NCBI GenBank assembly: GCA_000934665.2
Contig: JYFJ02000876.1
Coordinates: 1-64,000, forward strand
Reading direction: 5' to 3'
Origin: Catajapyx aquilonaris
Lineage: Eukaryota
DNA: 64,000 nucleotides
Shown one piece after another: positions 38,001 to 50,000 of this stretch. The first letter of the stretch is position 1, and each line of letters begins with the position of its first letter. Both the position numbers and the translations under genes were made by a program. The notes beneath the pieces were generated by a model, which saw nothing but the letters and a program-made list of their open reading frames with translations, was not told the origin of the DNA and searched no databases.

Positions 38001-41000
38001 ATAAGCCAGCTTATTTTTATTATGGATTGAAAGGATTGGGGAAGGGAAATATATATATGGCACCTGACTACGTAATGAAGTTGAATAGGGTGGTCCATAA
38101 ATTTCAATTTTTTTTAAGAAGAAATTTGCATTCGGCGCATTTCATTCGTTATCAATCATTTTAGACAAATTTATATTTGCTTAAAAATTCCAGGAGTGAG
38201 CTGGGCTAAAATGAAGTGAAGTCAAATCAAGATGGTCGCTAAATTATTGGTTTTTTTTGCATTTTAAATTTTACATCTACCGATTGATCTAATCCATAAA
38301 TTTTATATAATAACATTTTAAAATTTTTTGAGGTTATATCCCATTTTTAGCAATTTCTAGGTACCGTAAAAAATTAAGCCTAAGCTTTATTTCGTCATTG
38401 ACTAGGTCAGCTCTGGATATTCAAAAACCAGTAAAAAATTGCAACTATGCAATTTTCATAATGCAAAAATCAGCAGGATGCACTAGTGATTTTATATTTG
38501 TTTTTAATAACATTTGGCCAGGGAGTAAATACCTAATCAAAATATTTAGAGACTATTCTCCCATGTTAAACTGCAGTTGCGTTAACACTATCAGTTGATT
38601 AACACTTAATTAGTAATAAATTGCGCTGACATTACGCTTTAAAATAAAAGGACTCCCGACATGTACAGTTAGCCCTATTATTTTTTTAAGAAGCACCAAA
38701 CCACCCACCAAAATACATCATTTTGGATGATACCCTGTAATCTTATTTTGACAAATGGAACATGATTGCAACCAAAATAAATTTTTTTCCCCCTCATCTC
38801 AATGTTCTCTATATAACAATGCTGGTGGTAGTGTTGACAGATTTTTCACCAATCCCATCAGTCTTCATTTTCTAAAGATTTTTTGGAAGGAAGCCACTTG
38901 CTGTCATTACCTTCATTTTTTGCCGTCATAAATATCTGTCTCATCATCCTACCTGTGGATTAGATTACCGCTATTATGCGGCGGGGCGTCTGGTCAAAAG
39001 ACTAGGTGAAAATCATGCCCAGGTAGATGAAAATTTTTCAAAACTTTTTTTTTTGTCACCCAAGTTTTCCCACAAAAATTGTAATACTTTCCACCCAATT
39101 TGGCGTGGTCCGATAATAATCGAGGGGCTTTAATAGCACCGGTTTTATAGTACATAAAATGTCGACCTTAATACAAAAATGTACTTCAGTTTTTAGGAAA
39201 TTGCATATACAAGAGTGCGTCATAAAAATGTACAATGTAAAAAAACGCTGCAGTTTTTTTCTCGCACTTTTCGCATCACCCTGTATAATGGCCAGCACTT
39301 TCTCACCGCCCAAATTGAAAAGGTCAATTGAGTTAGGTGAGACCGTTTCAGAAAGTAAAAGTGGTAGTCAAATACAAGCCACGTGATTAAAATCTAAATA
39401 GTAGGCTCCAAAAAAAATCCTGGACCAAAAAAAACCGTCTAGGCCTATTAAAAAGGATTGATTCGACCAGACTTAAATAGGGATAGCATTTATCAACTCA
39501 TCCTTGATAAACATGTTCTACACAATCCAAACTCTGTGTCAATCACAGTTTCTACCCCTACTAGAACAGCTTCTTTAATCAGATGCACACCTTTTGCTAA
39601 GAATCCTAAGCCAGGTGACACCTTTCAATCACAATTCAAGAGGGGGGGGGGGGACAACTATTGTGTAACCGACCTAACGGGAAGAAACTAATTTTTTTTT
39701 TGTGTGCATTATTTAATTGCGAGTTGGCCTTGAGAGACTTGATTCATTGTCACTATCGGTTTGTTTTGTCGTCAAGGCTGCCCTTTTATCATTGGCTTCT
39801 CCTTGCCATGTCGGTGCTTGCTTCGAAATTCAACAAACTAATGATGGTATTGTGCTCCCGATTTGTAAACACATCCTGATCATTTTGCTTTCCGAACACG
39901 AATTGATAATAATGAGCGGACTATTAATTAGTATACTGGTTCCGATACAAGTACAAACCGCAATTCACAAACTTTATACTTTTTTTCTTCAAAGAAATAT
40001 TTTAGTCTGTCCGTCCGTCCGTGAATAACTATCAGAGCTTAAACCGTGCGAGATAACGACAAACGGATTTCAGATTCAGATTCAGCATCACCAAAATGCG
40101 TTTAATTCGTGAACACGATTCTAGTCGACTTTTTCTGTGACCAGTCACCGAAAGTTTTCCATCAAGGTTTAACGTTCACGTGAGCTCGATTCGAGTCGAC
40201 TTTTTCTGTGACCAGTCACCGAAAGTTTTCCATCAAGGTTTAACGTTCACGTGAGCTCGATTCGAGTCGACTTTTTCTGTGACCAGTCACCTAAAGTTTC
40301 AATCAAAGTTTAACGTTCACGTGTTTAAAGTTTAACGTTCACGCGAGCTCGATTCGAGTCGACTTTTTCTGTGACCAGTCACCGAAAGTCTTCCATTAAA
40401 GTTTAACGTTCACGTGTTTAAAGTTTAGCTCGATTCGAGTCGACTTTATCTGTCACCAAAAGTGAACTTTTGGTGACAGATAAAGTCGACTCGAATCGCT
40501 CTATATTTGCCAATCTTGTTTCTGTGCACCGATTACAAATTGTTCAAACTGTTTACTCAAGAACCGCCTCCCCCGTTTGATTGCTTCTGAAACCACCGGT
40601 AGTCATTGTAAAGCCATGTAATCCCAGGCTAATAGGAAGTGTCAGTAACCATTATTTAAACAGGTCCGTCGAAACGTATACTTAACAATCAATTACTCCG
40701 CTATTCCCAGCCGGCGGGGGTAATCGAAAATCACTTACACACATTATCCATTTAACCACCGTTTTGCCAAAAACTCTTGAAACAGTTAGGATGAGCATCA
40801 AATTTTTTTTGAAGAACAATCCAGCGTGAAATGCGGCGCATGGCATTTGATCTAAAGTTGCCCTAACAGTATGTGACTTGGCAATAATTGATCGAGTAGG
40901 CAACACAAAAAAAAGGTGGGTTCTTTGAAGTGGGTTGCACCTGATATCAAAAGGTGCGCTTCCTGAAATGGGCGGACAGGAACCCCCGAAATGTGCTGTG

Positions 41001-44000
41001 TTGTGGTTGTCCGGGAGTGGTCATTTGACTTTAGGCTAAAAACCTGAATTCTTTTTGTTCCACAGAAAACATTACCTTCAGAGTCACTCCCAGTCTGGTG
41101 AAGTCGTCTCTGAAGATCACTTATTCGGTCCAGCGTGGCTTGAAGAATCGAGCGAGAATCCGCCTCCTGTAGAACCCAAAAAAATGTATGGTTTTACACA
41201 CACACACAAAAAACACCCTTCCTGGTTTCCAAGAATGCAAATTAGGAAACCTGGAGCTGAATTTACAATCGAAAAGAACCGGAACGACGACACAAGTCGA
41301 GCAACATTACCGAGGAAATTTGTCTCCTTTGGTAGGTTTTTCCACTCTTCTTTACCTTCTACCGTACAAGTAGTCACGTGCTTTTCTTATGTAACAAACC
41401 CCTTAATGTACCGCTTCGTTAATCGGACCATCTTCCATAAAATATGATTTTTCTGGAAAGCACCTAAGTGCTTCCTTGTTAAGTGCGCTAATGAGTAATA
41501 ATAATACCGTAGTACCCACTGCGCATGCTCCATCCGGGTACTTAGCATATGACGCCATTTTTAGCTCAACCCACGTGGTGCATGTTTCTCGTTAATTGGC
41601 ATTTTAATCAAGGGAAACAATGCAGGGCTGGGTGCAAATGATTCGAGTTATTGCGACATGTCCGGGTTGGTATTAATCACTCCCTAACTTGTCCTGGGGT
41701 TTTGCAGCAGTGCTAATTGCTACTGGTCCTTGCTGATTGTTGCTTGCATGTGGCATGTGGTGTAATGGAGTGATACTTTGTGAGGTGAGATTGCACCGTT
41801 TTTTTTAATTAATTGCTGAACGAGGGTAGTAATTTATGAGCATGCCATGTAATGGTGCATGAAGGCGTTACTTCAATACATGCTACTAACATCGACTGAA
41901 AAATCTTGTATTTTTTCAGCGGAATATATTTCAGATTGAAGTGTACTAGTTGAAATTAAAATTTTATACATGAAACTGACCGGGGTTTGCATTTTCATTG
42001 CCCGGCCATGAAAACTCGAATTGCTCTGTACAGTAGCTGGCATTAGCACCGATATTATTATACAGCCCATTATTCATTCATTTTACAGCACGAATAATTT
42101 GCATTACAATAGACCATTGCAGCCATTAAGAAAAGCTACGACCCAGGATGTGATTAATTACCCACAATATAGAGCGTCTTCTCTCTCNGGCTTCTTCTCT
42201 CTCCCCCCCCCCCATCCATTTTGCACTCACTTATCGCAAGTACCGGTAACTATTGCTTTAGGGAAGTCCATCTGTAATTTTCAAAAGCCAACTAATTCCG
42301 ATTCATCCAGCGTTACCTCATATCCAAATAGCAATCATTCTCACCTCAAGCTCACGCCCTTTTTTCTTCCACACCCTTGTAAAACGCCTATTAACAAGAG
42401 CATCATTAGGCTCTCTCTGCAAACCGGTAATTATATGCCAAATACCCGCCTTGATTATAATTCCCATTAATTAGTTGGCTACTCTTCCAAAATGTCAACA
42501 GCGCCCCTCTTCTCGTAACTCTCTCACGGTTGCCCATTATTCTCAAACAGTGTGTTTGAGTTTTACCTTTTAAGTGTGCTCCATATTATGATGTCCCCCG
42601 AAAACCTCCGGAACTTCGTCCGACTGAATACAAAGAGCGAGATTAGAGTGAAAAACTGGAACCCATGGTGAGGCTATCAAAAAAATCACCCGTTGCATCG
42701 CCATGCTCGTAATGACGATAACACGTAACGGGGATGTGACGGGCAAAGGGGCAATGAAAAATCCTACATACACACACACGTATTTTTTTCCTTCTTCTGA
42801 AACTTCTCGCCTCCAAACTGCTGATTAGAATCTCACTTCTCACCTGCGGATGTTCAGTGTGTACACTCCTAGTAGAAAGTTTGACGTGTGAGCACCTGCT
42901 AAGACATCAAATATTTGGAAATGTGTGTCTGCAAATATTTTTAAGACTCAAATGTGTTTGTCCAACGATATTGAAATTGTCAAGTAAGCAATTTTTTGGC
43001 ATTAATCTACACAGTAGTCGACATTATTTTAAAAAATATATATAGTTAGATGTTTTCTATGGTGGTTCAGGCTTGACCAGTCTGCCTGTATTTTAGATTC
43101 ATTTGTTGGACTGCGGCTTATTGTTAACAGCTGAGAGCTAGTGGTCTAGTTGTCGGGTTGACAAGCCGTAAATCGTTGGCTTGTCGTGTGGAGAATGTTT
43201 AACATTCATCCTTCGTTTTTCGGATGGGGGATAAAAAAGTATCAGAAGTTGAGGGCCCGAGTAATTTGTTATCGTGAACTGTAAATGTTGAGGTTCCTTT
43301 TTCTATACATGAGTAAGAGGGGGCCTATCTTTTGGGAGACATTATTTATAGCGGGCCAAAAGCCAAAACGTTGTAATGTATGAATAGGACAAACTGTATC
43401 AATCCAATAAACATCAACTAACGCACTCATGAAATACCGCGGCCAGATAAAAATTAAAAATAATGGCCCCGGCATCTTTTTTTTTGCAGCCATTAAAAGC
43501 CTCTATAAATTTCAGCATTGGCGTTTTAGCGAAAGTTAATGGGGCACATATATCTAATAGATGCGGCCAAATTTTGCAGAATATTTTCAGCCAAAGATTT
43601 TGATCTTATGATCATATAAAAATGTGCAGGTGGATTGAACAACTTGTCGTTACAGTGATTTACATAGACTTCAGTAAGTAATCCAATGCCAATGTTTTAA
43701 TTTATGTGATGGAAATGAACAAACTGAAATGACAACAAACAAGCGTGACTAATTAATTTGTTTTCTATGCATTTCCGATGCCAATTCGTTTACACCCCAT
43801 GCTGATTCCAGAGTTACAAGTTTTTATATTGCTTACCGTGTAATTGCATTGATCACACGATGACATTCCAAGGACTTAAAACACTAAGCGTCCATCGCAG
43901 ACTTATATTCCAGCCTATCTGTATTTTTAAAGGTAGGAATGTATATACGCTTCTCCATATCTTCTGGATTGATATTGAAACAATAGTCACGCGCCAGATT

Positions 44001-47000
44001 TTATCACGGTTGATAACTCGCAATCGCGTTATCTTTCAAGTGTGTAATGCAGTAAGCCGAAGTGCCACTTAAACGTATTGAAATGGCCTCATGTATTCAA
44101 TGGGCTGGGTTGCTGGTGAAAACAATACGCTCTAAAAAGACAATTTCAGCTTCAAATTGAACGTAAACCGGCTTATGTAATTGACTAGACTCCCAAAATA
44201 GAGTTACGTCACTTACGGATTAAGCATTATATTTAAGCCAGATTTCCATAATTGAAGGGCATTAATATCATCTAATAATTTTTGGAACGAACCTTAATTG
44301 CAGGCAGCCATCATTTTTTTAAAAAAGATTTAAGAGGATAATATTGACAGTATAAGCCCAGTCGGCACCCATTGCCTCCAACCAATAAATAGGTCACCAT
44401 AAACACTTTTTTTTGGAAGGTAATTAAGGAGGCCCACTCCCGAAATTTTAATCATGCAATAAGTCTAGTGGAGGACCCCAAAGCTCGCATAATTCCCTTT
44501 CCAGACGTTTTTACAACGGGTTTCTTCAGCTCAGAGGAATTAACCTTAACCCTTCCTAGCATATTAACGAACCGAAGATGACACCTCCTCATTTCCCAAA
44601 GTGCCGAATTAGAGCCAAAATGGGTAGGCGTTTTAGGCTTATCTGATGAGTCGTCTTTGGATAATTTTTTTTTCTTTGGAAGTGACCATATAAGGGGGGG
44701 TAGCAGGTCTCTGAGTGGATGGTTCGGCTTCCATGTAAATAAGACCCCCAAAAACCTGAGGGCATCTTCTGTAAAAACTCCAAAAAAAAGTGCCGACTTG
44801 TCTTTTCGGTGGAGTCAATCAGAAGGATTAGTTCGGTTCAGGACTAATGACCTGGACCAAGGATACTTCCTGAGAACCACTAATCTATGGAATGGACCAG
44901 TTCATCATGTTCTGGGGGACTCGGGGTTTATTGCAAAGAAGCAATGGCTATCAATGTCAGGGACGAATTCGTAAAAATTGAAAAATTGGGTGTCGTGTCA
45001 CAGCACTTTCATTGGGGAAGAACCAAGGTGAGGCTGTAAATTGCCCAATTGACAGGTAATGTCAAAAGTGGTTTGCGTTAGATGCACGCAACATTTGGGG
45101 GGGGTTAAAATCAGTGCGACACTGAGAAGGTGTCCTTCTTGACACTTGCACGGTCCGTTGGAACCACGGTGAATTGGTATAGTGGCGCCTTTCTTTTTCG
45201 GATGACAACCACGGAGGCGTGAGGAAGGCGGCCATATTCAGGGGGTTCCCTATTTCGTCTTGGCCACCCTCCTGTGAACGACGGTCATTCAGCCTCATCG
45301 GAACCAGCATTGTCCTGACCCTCTTCTGAAGCCAGCCAAGCACGTAGGCCCCTACTCCGCCCAAACCTTACACTTTTGGAGAGGACCCCCCTTGAAGGCG
45401 GCTTCCAAGGAAACCAGCCAGATTCATTTACAAAAGTACAAATTTCCGCCTTTTGGAACCCCCAGTCCCCCGATGCAGTTGTCTGGAGGCCTCATTTGTC
45501 ATTTTCGCGGCGCTCAAGGGGTCGGAGGATTCGTTGCGCTCCGGACACCTCCCCTTATGGGTCATTGCACCCACAAGAAGTGCAACGGTGGCTGAGCACG
45601 AGTCAAATCTTTAAGGGTCAGGTTTGGTGTCCAAATGTGTGGAGTTGTTGACCAGAGACATATGTGCGAGACTCGTGCCATAAGCAACGCCTCCTGCGGC
45701 CAATGATGACCTCGGAGGTCAAGCCCAATGTGCTTAAAACCTTCCCCGTTAAAAACTACCCCTAATGATCACCCTAGGGCATATGTCGATCCCTCCGTAT
45801 TGATTTGTATCGGGAACGTACAGACATATGTCCTATGCAGCAAATTCCGAACACCTAATGGTTCAATATTGCGAAACGTAGCTCCCTGTAGCAACTCGCA
45901 ATATGATTAACGTCCCATTCTCACGCACAATATTTTACTTCATGGTTGTCATGTGCTCCTGTGATTTACAATCAACTTGCCACATTTCAGCTCAATTACT
46001 GTTCCACAAACTTTTAAAAATCTGCCCTCATTATGCAAATTCAGCTAATAAACTCAACGACCTTTAACCCCCGTCGGGCAATCGTATAAAAACCACAAAT
46101 TTTTGCTGGAGCCCACCAATGGTCTCAAGGTCCTCATACGTACAAAAAGGGGGTGCCTTGGAAAAGTAGTCAGGGTCTAAAGATTCAAATCAGCTCATGT
46201 GTATCACTCAATTAACTCATTATCGGTGGAATCCCACATCAAATCTCACATCAACTTAATGGCGCGTCATTAGGACCTGCTCTTTTTTTACATCCAAAAA
46301 TTTAACCTTGGATAAATTTGATCCAGTTTTATATCGCATTAAAGGAAGGGTTCGCGGCGTGAATAAAAATGACACCCCAATCTTTAATGAGACCGGCGGG
46401 GTAATCGCATGCAACAATGTGTTGACTTTTAATAATTCATTCACTGCACGATTTTTTTTTACATATCAATCGTCGATTTTTTGGAGCAATTAGGACCATA
46501 TCTGGGGTGCCCTAATTATAAAATGCAAAAATCTTGTCCAGCCAATCGATTGGCTTATTTATAGGGCCGGTTAGACACATGACATAATCTTTTAAGGACA
46601 GATATTTATAGTAGGATCAGTGTGCCTACTAATTTAAGCTCAATCTGTGCAAACTCCAAAGATGAAACCGGATTTGAAATGTGCAATAAGTCATTTTTAT
46701 CTCGTTGATCTTTAAAGGTTAAAGCAAGAGTGCTTTGCATTTGGGGATTTAAAAGTTCAAAAAATGTCGGCTATAAACATGCAAATTCTGATGTTCTCCC
46801 GCCTATTGGTATGCTGGATCCAACTTGAGGACTAATTGCAAGGGCAAGTCCTAGACACGTTTCCTAAATTTGGTGGAAAAAAGAGTGAACAAGATGGTGA
46901 TGGGGGAGAGCCACATCGTCTTGGAGTTTTCTTAGAGGGTAACAAAGTCGCCTTAATTGAGCAAAGAGGCATTTCGACCAGACACCTTTCCCATGTTCAG

Positions 47001-50000
47001 GCTTCTTCTGCTGTTGGAGGATGTGGTTTTTACCCTAATCTGATCCTCACATGCCGACATGCACAGAATGGACATTACTTTTTGGTCGCACTGATGACCA
47101 CCAGACACGTATCACTGGAATGTGGCCATATCATATTGCAAATTATAAATATAAAAATTGATTTTTTTTCTCTCCATACATATAATTGAAGCAACACCAG
47201 TCGTGGCTTCGTTTCTTCGTATGTAAAGTGTCCAAATGGGCGTCCCCTTAGTCTTGTCCACACCTTCTGGTCCAGGTTGCTTTTCATTAAAAAGATCCTC
47301 CTTGTCTCCATTTTACAGCCCACTAACATTCCTGTGGCTACGAGACGTTCGCGGGGGCCACTATTATTAAAAGGAAGCACCATGGCAGTCCTCAAAAAGA
47401 GACAATACAAAAAAAACCGGATTCAAATGCCACTGGCCACTTTAAAAAAAACTACCGTTAATCACTATGAGACGTACAGAAAAATATCTGAGATAATAGC
47501 TGGTTCTGCACTATAAAAATTCAAGTGTCATAACTTTTTATTGTTGTGCATGTTTAGGGATTGTTGGCATGTTTTGTCACCTGACTGGCCTTGGAAACTA
47601 TAAGCTAATTTATTGGCTGGAAAAAAAAATGGTACAAGATGTTGAATGCCAGAGATTGTTATCCGAGTGATGAAATAGTTTATGGAATAAATCGATGACA
47701 TTTTTGGCTCACACTGTACAGTACATTCCTGCCCCCATTAAAAACTACATATCATCCACACCTTCCTTAATTATTTCAACCGAATCCTGATTAACTATTG
47801 CTTGCTCGCTCTCAAATTATATAACGCGTTGGAAAAAATATTGATGACAGTAATATTTACTGGGTGTTATTTCCCTATTAGCATTTCCGGTTTTCCTGTT
47901 GTTTTACAACAAAATTATAGTTCACATCCAGGTGTCACACATGACAAATATACCAACCGTTGTGCTGAATGATTCACTAATTTCATAACATACAATTCTG
48001 CTTCAAAAAAATTTAAAACCATTTTTTTGTGTGTGTGAATCCATCTCCCCCTCTCCCTATGTTAATAACTGTAACCTTTTCCTGGATGGGCTTCTTCTTT
48101 CCCCCCTTACCCCCTCCCCCTCCCCAACCATTTTTCCTTTCACTTTTCAAGTGGTTTCTTTTGGTAGTGGGAGGGCACCTGGAAAACAACCTTCCCCTTG
48201 ACTCTTTTCAAACCCCCAGATTTCCTTACTGTGCTTCACCGCCCCCGACACCCTAAAAGCTGACCATTTCTAGCCTCATGTGACCAAAAGGTCAACCATA
48301 AATTTTTTCGAATTATATATTTTTTTGGAGGGATGTGTCTTCCCTCGGTTCATTAGCACTCAATTCAGGTCATCTTTTTAGCTATACAGGGGGTCCACAA
48401 GAAAGAAGGGTTACTATCTATGTATACACACAACATGTCGCATTCGAATTAATAGGACCAGCTTTAGTTTATTAAGTCTGATTCAGAGCGTGGGATAGCC
48501 CACTTTCAAATGAAGGCTAAACAATATGGGTGATACAGACTGATTTATTATGTGTTTATTTCAGAGTGGACTGGATATAAATTTTGTGTAACGCTTATCC
48601 TGGCCGTTAAAATAATATCAGTTGGTCGCAGGAATTTTGTTTAGAAAATTTATTGACAGGCTAATTATTTTTGTGGTGTTTACATTAATTGGCAGTGTCA
48701 CGTTTCTGTTCAAGATGCAAATGTTTGATGGCTTGAAAGGGGTCAAGATGACTCACCTGCTGCTGCGGCTGCTGCTGTGACGGGTCAAAGGTCAGCCTGT
48801 AGGCCCTGAGCTCGTCCATGCTCCTCGTCACCCTCTCTTGTTCCTTCCTCCGCTTCTCATCAATGATCCTGTCCAGAGCCTGGTCCTGTCCGAAAAAAAA
48901 GAAGAGAAAAAGAGTGATAGACGTAACCGATTACGACAAACGGAAACCGATACCTATCGAGATGATGATGATGTTTTTTTTTTCTTCTTCTTCAAGAAGA
49001 AGAGGATGGAAGAAGAGGGAGACAAAACCTTCACTTTATCCAACTTCATAAATCAAACGTGGCGTGGCCTCTTGTCTTTCACATCAGTTCGTGTATTTCT
49101 GAAGGAAGCCAATTATCTGGTCGGACAGCGTTTGTGGATGAATAGTTAAGAGATTGGAAAGTGTAGTGTGGCAAATGAATTATTTTACTGCCCTGGACCA
49201 TTGGAGATGTAGATATTGAAACCTCTTTTACGAATGGTGTTAAAAAAAAGAGATCAGGTTTCATTAGTCGTGTTGGGTCAACATGCGATAACAAACTAGT
49301 AGACTAAATAGTAGCATTTTAAAATGTATAACAAGACGTGAAAATTATTTTAGTAAACTATTGGTTTATCTTCATCATTAATATGTGATTTCGGTTCACG
49401 AATTTATTTATTTACTTGTTTATTATGGGGTATAGCGCCAATGACTGTGAATCTTGAGCATATTACATACTTGTCTTAAAATGAATTTGCGATCGTTACT
49501 AGCTATAAACAAGTAATTAAAAATAAATCTCTTACGAATTTTGCAGATTATGGAAACTACAGCTTAGATTGAGTCATTTTATGGCAATAAACTAATTATT
49601 CAGATATTGAGCACGTACTGTTGGTGTACAGCAACACTTTAAATCATTGTAGATCCCATAAATGAAACAAACACATTACCAAATATGGCGATGTCCGTTA
49701 ATAATTTGGCATCTTATCTAGTTCCATAATTGCTCCAAGGTCAGGAAGGTTAATAATATATGGATTGACCCAAGAACTGCACAAACACCCAGATAAGACA
49801 TGTAGTTATTCAATAGGCGTATAGGACAAGTCAAGTAGCATTAAATCGGAATTTTATTCGATGCAATTGAATCGGGGCCCCATGCCGCTGTTTGAGGGAT
49901 ATCAATCAAAAAAGGGTGATCGCAATCAATTGTTTTCCCTACCTTTACCGCTCATAAAAGTGCACGTGTTTTGCCTGTCTTGACAACAGATCGGATCGCT

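Noticed and set aside
40117..40500. CRISPR-like regular repeat array
   Set aside because: Units are contiguous with no unique spacers, there are no cas genes, and the context is eukaryotic
42844..42895. Minus-strand AG...GT exon-like segment in a gene B intron
   Set aside because: Contains a stop in the required phase-0 frame and has no domain similarity
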